A stretch of 64,000 nt of DNA from Candidatus Marinacidobacterales bacterium (GTDB lineage: Bacteria; Acidobacteriota; Vicinamibacteria; Marinacidobacterales; DATDRI01): contig CBDCNP010000002.1 in NCBI GenBank assembly GCA_965219415.1, positions 928,001 through 992,000 of the forward strand, given 5' to 3'. The notes beneath the pieces were generated by a model that searched no databases, was not told the origin of the DNA, and saw nothing but the letters and a program-made list of their open reading frames with translations. The position numbers and the translations under genes were made by a program. Positions 55,879 through 64,000 of this stretch are shown here, piece after piece; within the stretch, counting starts at the first letter, position 1; every line of letters begins with the position of its first letter.

Positions 55879-55925
55879 TATACTTACTTTCTTAGCATAA
55901 CTAATAGTTAGCTTAGCTAAGTATA
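55879..55925. promoter_or_regulatory. Putative MarR operators in divergent intergenic region
   Basis: TTAG-N5-CTAA twice (55892-904, 55908-920) within TATACTTA...TAAGTATA. Confidence 0.7.
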
Positions 55926-55929
55926 TATC

Positions 55930-56400
55930 GTGAGCCGACGACGCCGTCAAGGACAATCCGCCGAGGATTTCGCGCTCGCCGACCAGCTTCACTCGGCCGC
56001 CATCCACCTGTTGCGCAAGCTCCGGCGCGAAGACGAAGCGTCGGGCCTCTCCGGCCCGCGGCTCTCGGCGCTATCGGTCGTCGTCTTCGCAGGGCCGGTA
56101 ACCATGGGCGGGCTCGCCTCCGCGGAGCAAGTCCGGCCGCCGACGATTTCCAGGCTAGTCAAAGATCTCGAACAACAAGGTCTGGTGACGCGCAAGCCCG
56201 ACCCGAACGACGAGCGGGTGCTGAAAGTCACGGCGACGGTAAAAGGACGCCGGCTGCTTCAAGAAGGTCGCGCGCGGAGAATCTCGAAGCTCGCGACAGA
56301 GCTCGCGCGACTCCCAGCCGAGGATCGCCGTCACCTGCTGAGGGCGGCCGGACTCTTGGAAAGGCTAGCGCTACCCGACGAACACCCCGGGCTGAAATGA
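55930..56400 (+). CDS. MarR family regulator
   Basis: PTISRLVKDLEQQGLV, DPNDER, T.KG. Confidence 0.92.
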   Translation: MSRRRRQGQSAEDFALADQLHSAAIHLLRKLRREDEASGLSGPRLSALSVVVFAGPVTMGGLASAEQVRPPTISRLVKDLEQQGLVTRKPDPNDERVLKVTATVKGRRLLQEGRARRISKLATELARLPAEDRRHLLRAAGLLERLALPDEHPGLK

Positions 56401-56566
56401 CCTGGTTTTTCCAAGTGACAGCCCCTCCACTATTGTTGATATCCATAACGCAGGTCGGTGGGGCGAGCACCACCCGCACCTCCGGCTAAACGCTTCGGAT
56501 CGCATGCCTTACTGCCAACCTATAGCTTCCCTGAACACCCCACCCCGTCTTCAGAATTCCTTCAGA

Positions 56567-57270
56567 ATGTTGGCATCACTCCTGCCCGTGATTTCCGTCG
56601 TCGTTCCGATCCGAGACGAGCGCGGCAATATCGAGCCACTCGTGGTGGCCGTACACCGAGTCTTGGAAGGCTGCGAGTTCGAGATGGTCTGCGTCGACGA
56701 CGGGAGTGTTGACGGAACATCGGACACTCTGCAGTCGTTGAAGAGGCGTTTTTCTCGTGTCCGGGTCGTCAGGCACGAACGATCCCAGGGACAAAGCGCA
56801 GCCATCGTCTCCGGCGTGCGCACAGCACGAGGGGAGTGGGTCGTGACGCTTGATGGGGACGGGCAGAACGATCCCGGCGACATTCCCGCCCTCCTCCTTT
56901 CGGTGGAGCGAGCTTGCCCCACCCCCTCGTTGGTGGTCGGATGGCGGAAGAATCGAAGAGACCCCTGGGTCAAGCGGATGTCCTCGAAGTTGGCGAACAT
57001 TGCCTACCGATGGCTCATCGGGGGTGTCACGCCCGACGTAGGTTGCGGTATTAAGCTTTTTCGCCGAGACGTGTTTCTCGACTTGCCTCATTTCGACCAC
57101 ATGCACCGATTCCTACCTGTATTGGTGCGAATGCGGGGAGGTTCGGTCTCTTCGGTCAAGGTTCGCCATCGACCTCGACAGACCGGTCGGTCCAAGTACG
57201 GCATCCACGACAGACTCTGGGTCGGTATCATCGATTTGTTCGGAGTCCGATGGCTCCAAAGGCGTGCTCT
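56567..57270 (+). CDS. GT2 polyprenol-phosphate glycosyltransferase (DPM1-like), native stop missing
   Basis: SVVVP, VDDGS.D, GQSAA, LDGDGQNDP, MHRFLP, SKYG. Confidence 0.9.
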
Positions 57271-57281
57271 CGGAGCGACGC

Positions 57282-57368
57282 TTCGCCCTGGCGCTGTGGG
57301 ATCCCGTTCGGGACAAGCTCTTGCTCGCCAGGGACCGCACCGGCGAACGGCCCCTTTTTTATTACCAG
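57282..57368 (+). pseudogene. 87-bp fragment of an asparagine synthase (AsnB) glutaminase domain
   Basis: Alternative frame reads FALALWDPVRDKLLLARDRTGERPLFYYQ. Confidence 0.75.
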
Positions 57369-57958
57369 GGCTGGGCGCTGCGGGGGCCGCAAGCTATTTC
57401 GATGATGAGATTGTGAGCAGTCGATTCAATTCGGAGATGTTCGAGGGAGGATCTTTGGATAAGGCCTTCGAGGCAGGAGAGGTGCTCGGCAGTGCAGCGG
57501 TCCAGGTGGGAGGCGCTTTCGCAACCTACGGATTCGGCAAACTCTTCTCGAACCCGGGCGTCCAAGAGTTGGGGCGTGATCTCGTTCGGGCCCAGATTGT
57601 GACTCAGACGCTCACCCAGGCCCTAAAGGTCGCGGTACGGCGGGAGAAGACCTGACGGCTCGAACCAAAAGTCCTTCCCTTCAGGCATGCCTCCGGTTCC
57701 TTTGCGACGGCAACGGTGCTCCAGCGACACTACGGTTGGAAAGTTGGCATCCCCGCTTACGCGGTTGCCGGTTACATCGCGAGCTCGCGTTTGAGCGAAG
57801 CCAGACACTATCTGAGCGACGTTGTCTTCGGTGCGGCGGTCGGAACCCTGGTGGGTCGTACCGTCACCGTCGACCTCGGGAAGAATCGGTTTGCCGTGAG
57901 CCCGTTACTTGTCTTGAGAGGAGCTGGTCTCCAATTCACGTGGCTCGGCCCGACGTGA
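57369..57958 (+). CDS. PAP2 family phosphatase, 5'-truncated and frameshifted
   Basis: K.AVRRE, SFPSGH, SRL...RHYLSDV. Confidence 0.8.
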
Positions 57959-58160
57959 GGCGGCCTGACGCCGGCCGTGTCTCCGCATCCCCGACCATGC
58001 TCTAGAAATATCACGTATCTCCTCACATAGATCGGGCGAACGCGACCGAGGCGTATTCGCTATCGATTCGAAACACGCAAGAAGATTCCTCGTATCCGCC
58101 GCGCTCGGCTTCCCGTTGCACGTTGGAAAGAGGGGAAATGACAACACCCTAATGGCCAAC

Positions 58161-61100
58161 CTAAGGGTTTGTGTCGGGTCTCGCCCATAGCCTCGAAGCC
58201 GGGTCCCCGAAGAGGTGATAGATGCTCAAGAGCTCCAGGTATCCACCCTCTTCCGCAAACTGGGCCTGTGCGGCGAGGACAGCGTCACCGAGGGTGTCGT
58301 GCCCGCCGTGGAGAAGCTCGGTAAGAAGGAACTTGTGATAAGAATGCGCGGGTCCATCGAGACTCTCTCCGCTGGGAGAGAAGGCCGCGATGATGCCCTT
58401 GCCGTCGGCCTTCAAGAGCGTTTCGGATAAAGAATCGAACGTCGGGAACTGGAAGTATCCGTTGAGGCAGTTCATGGTGAGAAGCAAGGGGTAGTGCGCG
58501 GGGTAGTCCAGAGAGCCCACGTGATCGGCACGCAGGATGTTCTCGGACCATAAATTCATAGCTCCGTGGCCGATGTAGCTCATGAGCGAAGCGCCTTCGT
58601 CGAGAGCTTGTAGGACGGATTCGTGAGTGGCGATGGTGCCCAGCTCGTCGAGATAGATCTTGTGGACTTCGTTGCCGAAGAGGAGTGTGGCGGCTAACTC
58701 TTCGGCATTGGCCTGGAAGTCTCCGGCTCTTGGATCGGGTCGGTCGGCAATGAGCACTGCCCGTCCCCCGAGTCCCATACCTTCCGTTTCATAGGCGACG
58801 ATCTTGGCGACCATGGCCTGAGCTTCTTGGAGATTGGCCGCCGGGAGCCTTCCAATCGCGAGGTCGGGTAACAAGTCGTCCCCGTTGACCGCGGCATAGG
58901 CGGGGTCAGACGCGGTCCAGAGATAGGTGGACTTGAAGGGGAAGGGAGGTACCTGGTTTTGGACTCCCCATCCGAAGTAGTCCTTGAAGTCGAAGGTACC
59001 GTCGCCGAGGAGCAAGACATAGCGAGGCCGAGTCCTCCAGTGATGGTAGGCATACTCGAGGAAGTCGCGGATGGCCTCGGGCCTGGTCTCGCCATGACCG
59101 AACTCGGAATAGATTTGCTCGATGGGTACGGCAAGAACGGTCAGACCTTGGCTAATCCGTAGCTCGAGCAAAGGCCAGGAGGCTTCGAGAAGCCTCTCGG
59201 GGCCAATGACGACGTAGTTGGCGCCATAGAGCAAGCTCTTGAGCCGATAAGGAAAGGGTCGTCGTATCTCTGGGCTCATCACCGCCGTGGAGTCGGCAAC
59301 AAGGTAATGATGTTGTGCTTCGGCCTGGAAGCGAAGTCCACCCTCAACGAGCTCAGCACCACGGAGCCACTTGGTTGGTGATTCGGTGGTGTCGAGGACA
59401 TAGGCATTGCCAGCGAGTCCTGTGACCTCGGCGATACCAATCTCACCAAAGCTCCCGCGGAGCTGACCGGAATCGGCGACCAACTGGCTCGGGTACGTGA
59501 CCTCGAACCGGTTGAGCATGATGCGGGAGTAAGCGGCCCCCGTGTCTCCGACGTTTTCAATCTCGAGGATGTTCTCGCCTTGTAGAAGAGCACCAGGAAG
59601 CAGTGAGAGTTCGCTCATCCATGGAAGCTCGCCCTCGAGGATGAAGTCTTCGAGCAACAAGCCGTTGAGGTAAATGCGGACATGGTGGTCGGGGTCGGTG
59701 GGTAAGTCGGTGGTTCCCTGAATCCACAGCCTGAGAGAGCTGCTCTCGGAGGTCGAAGCGAGGTTTTGTACCTCGAAGGGATAGGCCTTGGTGACGGGAG
59801 CGAGTAGAAAATCCCAAAGCCACACATCGGGTGCGGTGGTGAGCCTTCCCTGGAAGAGATGGTTCTCTTCGAGGGTCAATGTCTTCCAGTAATGCCCCAC
59901 GTCAGAGCCCGCCAGGGAACTTGAAGGAAAAGCGGAGCCGGTTTCCATCTTCTGGCCACCGCCTGAGACGGAGACGACATAGACGGCTTCCCTTCCGTAG
60001 GGGTTGAGCCCCTCTCCACCGCTCAGGAAGTACAAACGGGAGCCGGGCTTGAACTGCTTCTTATTTGGGTGGACATAAAAGGCGACGGGCTCGCCTTGGT
60101 AGGAGAGGTTGAGCTTCCTGGTCTTGACGCCCCGACGCCGGTTGCCGAAGAGCGAGCGGTAGGAAACACCGTAGAGTCCGCTATCGTGAGTGACGAGGTT
60201 GGCGACGACGCTTGAGGAGCCGGCGTTTTTCTTTCGACGTTTGCGACCCCGGGAGCCACCGAGAAACTTCTCACCGGGGACTTTACCTCTGAACTTGACC
60301 TTGACGATGAGGCGTCGTGCGAGGAGAAGCTGCCCGGTGGAGCGGTCCCACCGCAGTGGGGAAAGCTCCAAGAAGGCCTTCTTGACGTCCCCTTGGAAGG
60401 CGACGGTGACGACCTGGACCGGATTTTCGGGATAGAGACCCTGCCCGCGGAAGGCTTTCCCTGGAGATTGTGCCTTCCCGGCGAGGCTGACGGTGCCATC
60501 GGGAAGCATGACCGGCTCGAGCATCTCGGCGGATGTGGGTCGTAAGGAAAAGGATTCGACGCTTTTTGCCTTGACGGAGGCGATCTTGACCTGTTTGCCG
60601 ACCACGGCTTGGAGCCAGGTGCGTTTGACGGGAATGGCGGGAGACCCGGGCTCCCAGTCTTCGAGGAAGCCGGGTATGGATAATCGTACCGAGCCGTCGT
60701 CTTGGGGCTCGGCATAGAAGCCACCGGTGATGAGCTCGAGTACGACTTGACGGCGGGAGCGTTTCACTACCCGCAAGGTCGTTTCGTCCGGATTCCCGTA
60801 AGTGATGGTGTGCTCGTCCGAAGAGGAGGAGCCATCACCTTCTTCGCCACCTTCTTCAGTAGGTGAGTCGAAGCTAGCTCCTGCCAAAGGAGTGGCAGAG
60901 ATGGCACCGTGACGCTCCCTGACGCCGGTGGACTCCAAGTCTTCGAGCTCGTAGAAGTAGGCTCGACCGTTGACGAGCCCGGAGTCCACGTAGCGATAAC
61001 GAGCGCCCAGTGGGGAAGAGCCCAAGCCGGGAATTACGCTCGGGTTCACCAGTTCGTAGGGTCCTTCTTCGGAAACTGCTCGGTAGAGATAGAAACCGAC

Positions 61101-64000
61101 GTTATCGACTTCCGAGCCCGTCTCCCACTCCAACAGCGCCTCGCGATCGCCACCAGTGGCTGTGAAGGACAAGAGCTCGACCGCTGTCGTGGTGGGCACT
61201 GCGAAAACAAATCTCTGCGCATTCAAGGTGATGTCGCCGCAATATTGGAACAGAAGGATGTCGGTTTTGATCAACGCCTCCACTGGAATCGTGGAATAGG
61301 ATCCCGATACAAGATAGGCGCGCACATAAAAAAGACTCGGCCCAGCATTCACCGAAGTGGTCGCCCAGTTGGCTGGATCCGAGATCCAGTAAACGGTCCC
61401 GTCGTTCGTCAACGAGCCGGTCTCGTCGGTGAACCCGCCCACGAGCTCCAGGTCCGCCCAAGTCGTTCCGTCCCAGTACTCCCACTGCAAATCCGCCGTG
61501 CCCGCTCCCTTGGTTCCCGAGCGCGATGTTCACGCCACGAAACTTCGAATCCGAGCCCAAGTAGAGATGCTCGGTATTGATGCTCGCAAAGTTCAAGGCG
61601 AAGTTGTTGAGTCCCGTCGCCAGGTACTCATCGACGTGGCCATTGAGTCCGCCGTGGGCGAGCTCGGTAAAAGAGCCCGCACCGGTAGCGTCCCAGTGCC
61701 CCCTCGAGATTGGCTTGACATCCGCCTTGTAATCCACGTCATTGGTCAACGCCGCGCCGTCCAAAGTCACCGTGATCGGATCTTGAAGCGATCGCCAGCG
61801 CCGGATCTTGAAAAAAGGCAAATATCGCGTCGTGGTTCCGCCATCGATGTCGAAGCCAAGTCCTAAGAGCGGATCGAAGGTGAGCACATAAGCACCCTCC
61901 GACTCGTTGTAATCGTCCCCGGCGCCGGTGTTCTCGTTGGCATCGATCCACGGCCCCCCATCCACGAAGGACAAGACGTCGGGCCCCCGGTAGTCGTCGC
62001 GCCGGCTGGTCACCTGGGCGTCGAGGTTATCCACGAAGCTCGTTGGTTTGAAATAGGTCAAGAAATTCCAGGTCTCGTCGGCACCGGCCGGCAATGAGGA
62101 CTCGGGAACGTTGTCCCTCCATACCACCAACTTGTATTGATCTCCGGGCGCGCTATCCCACCGCCACACTGCGTCGGCGGTATTCACGTAATCGGTTCCG
62201 CTGATCCAGTCTTGATACATGATCTTGAGGAAATCGGTCCGAGCGCTTGCTTCATCGATCTGCCTCATCACGAAATCATCGCCTCCTGGTTGTCCGGGCG
62301 GTGGCCCCGATTCACTCCAGGCGATCCAGGTTTTGGGGTTACTGCTGTTGACCCAATGCACCGCGAGCTCCAGCTCGTTATCCGCAAACGCTACCACGCC
62401 GGTCGTCTTCCGGTTCCATCGAAGGGCATATCTTCCCGACGGGTAAATACTGTAGTCACCCGTTCCCTTGACCCCGGCAAGTGTCGCGGCGCTGACTAGG
62501 TCTTGATAGGAAGCCTCTTGCCGCACTTTCACCCGCGTCGGGGTCGCCTCCAGGAGATCCAGCTTGGCGCCAACGTTATTACTGCTGGTGTTGAACTGAG
62601 TGGTTCCGTCGAAGAACCACTCGTCGAAGAGAGTCAGATAGAAGTTCAGCCCGCCCGCGAAATCCACCGTCTTCCCCGGATCCTCGACCAGATCAAAGAA
62701 CTCGTCGATGCCTCCGCCGGTCGTCTGGTTGAAGCGGAGCTCAAACTTTCCGGAAGCCGTGATCGTGGTCGTCCCGGCGCTCTCGGTGGTGTAGAGAGGA
62801 GCATAACAAACGGCGCAGGTGGCGTCGAGGCTGCCATCCGTGTTGTAGCGGGCAACTGCGAAGTCGTCATCGGCCCCGTTGTCGCTGTAGCCGGCGGCGA
62901 TGATGATTTTGCCGTCCGACTGGAGGGCGATCGCATCGATCCAGTCGTTGCCGCCACCCACCGGGGTCGTGACTAAGCCGTCACCATCGAAAGTGAGATC
63001 CAGACTTCCGTCGGGATTGTATCGAGCCAGGGCGAAGTCGACCGCCGCAGCCACCCCGTCCCAGTTGGCCCAGCCGCCCACGACGATCTTGTTGTCCGCC
63101 GCTTGCAGGATGACACTGCGGACGTTGTCGTGGACTGGGGTGAAATCGGTCGTCACCATGCCCGGCGCGTTGGGGGCCGCCGAACGCCCCGGCAGAATTG
63201 AAGGTCCCGTCCAGGGCACCGTTCGTATCGAGTCGTGCCGTGCCGAACATGTTCCACCCGACGCCGTCGGCGACCTCACCCGAGAGGACGATGTTGCCGT
63301 CGGGTTGGATGACCAGTCCATTTGCCCTGTCCACGCCGGTCCCGATGGGGATGGACACGGTGCCCCCCCGAAGCTGCCGTCCAGAGAGCCGGTGGCGTCG
63401 AAGCGGGCAGCAAGGAAGTCGTCGTCGATACCATTGTTGCCCCAGCCGGAGATGACGATCTTGCCGTCCGACTGGATCGCTACCCCGGTGGCGGCGTCAT
63501 CGGTGGCACCGTTGGTTGAGATGAAGTAGCCGAGGGGCAAGTTGAAGCTAGCGGTATCGAGAACGCCGCTCGTGTCGTAGCGAGCCACGACGTAATCTGT
63601 GGTGGCTCGCCGGGTAAAGCCGGCAACAACGATTTTCCCGTCGGCTTGAACCACGACCCCCTCGAGATAGCACCAGGAAGGGCGGTGGTGACCTTGCCGC
63701 CGCTGAAAGAGCCGTCCAGGCTGCCGTCCGGGTTGTAGCGCGCGAGGGCGAGGTCCAGGTCCAGGTCGGCATTAATGGCGTGGCCGGCGACCACGATCTT
63801 GCCATCTAACTGAATGGCGATCGCCTTGGCACGATCTTGACCACCGAAAAAGTCGGTGGTCACGATGCCGTTCGTCCCGCAGGAAAGGTCCAAGCTGAAA
63901 TCGGGGTTGTAGCGCACGACGGCGAAATCGTCCGAGGCTAGGGCGCTGAAGCCAGCCACGACAATCTTGCCGTCGGGCTGGATGGCGACCGCGGTAGCCT
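58161..64000 (-). CDS. Giant secreted protein: delta-60-like propeller repeats, unknown domains, TAVEL beta-sandwich, C25 (gingipain-like) peptidase; partial and frameshifted
   Basis: At least seven (A/V)IQ.DGKIVVAG repeats; C25 motifs YVLLLGD, DLAIGRLP, YIGHG (His), MNCL (Cys), LFGDP. Confidence 0.85.

Noticed and set aside
1-64000. tRNA, rRNA, known riboswitches, prophage or defence genes
   Set aside because: None recognised by eye apart from higBA; a covariance-model search would be needed to exclude small RNAs.

Overview
GC-rich bacterial chromosomal segment. The gene content (Hanks kinases fused to TM/propeller or TPR domains, many secreted peptidases and amidohydrolases, a C25 gingipain-like giant protein) suggests Acidobacteriota; this is inference, not a database result. 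It carries about 40 genes: secreted hydrolases, a higBA toxin-antitoxin pair, an RND efflux operon, two Ser/Thr kinases, a DUF692/DUF2063 RiPP (MNIO) locus, a GldA/F/G-like ABC operon and a partial giant delta-60-repeat/C25 peptidase. I found no rRNA, tRNA or CRISPR array. Many genes are split by small indels, so the assembly is probably error-prone long-read sequence or the region is eroding. Main observations: (1) an ISL3 element sits in a kinase gene, and a 52-bp piece with its right inverted repeat and target-site duplication is missing from its normal place and lies inverted about 850 bp away, with every junction reconstructable in frame; (2) short orphan coding fragments recur in intergenic spaces; (3) a Cys-rich MNIO precursor lacking its 5' end abuts an AraC gene head-to-head; (4) a passenger-'TAVEL'-C25 protein may process itself like a sortase; (5) a kinase-wHTH-TM-TPR fusion.
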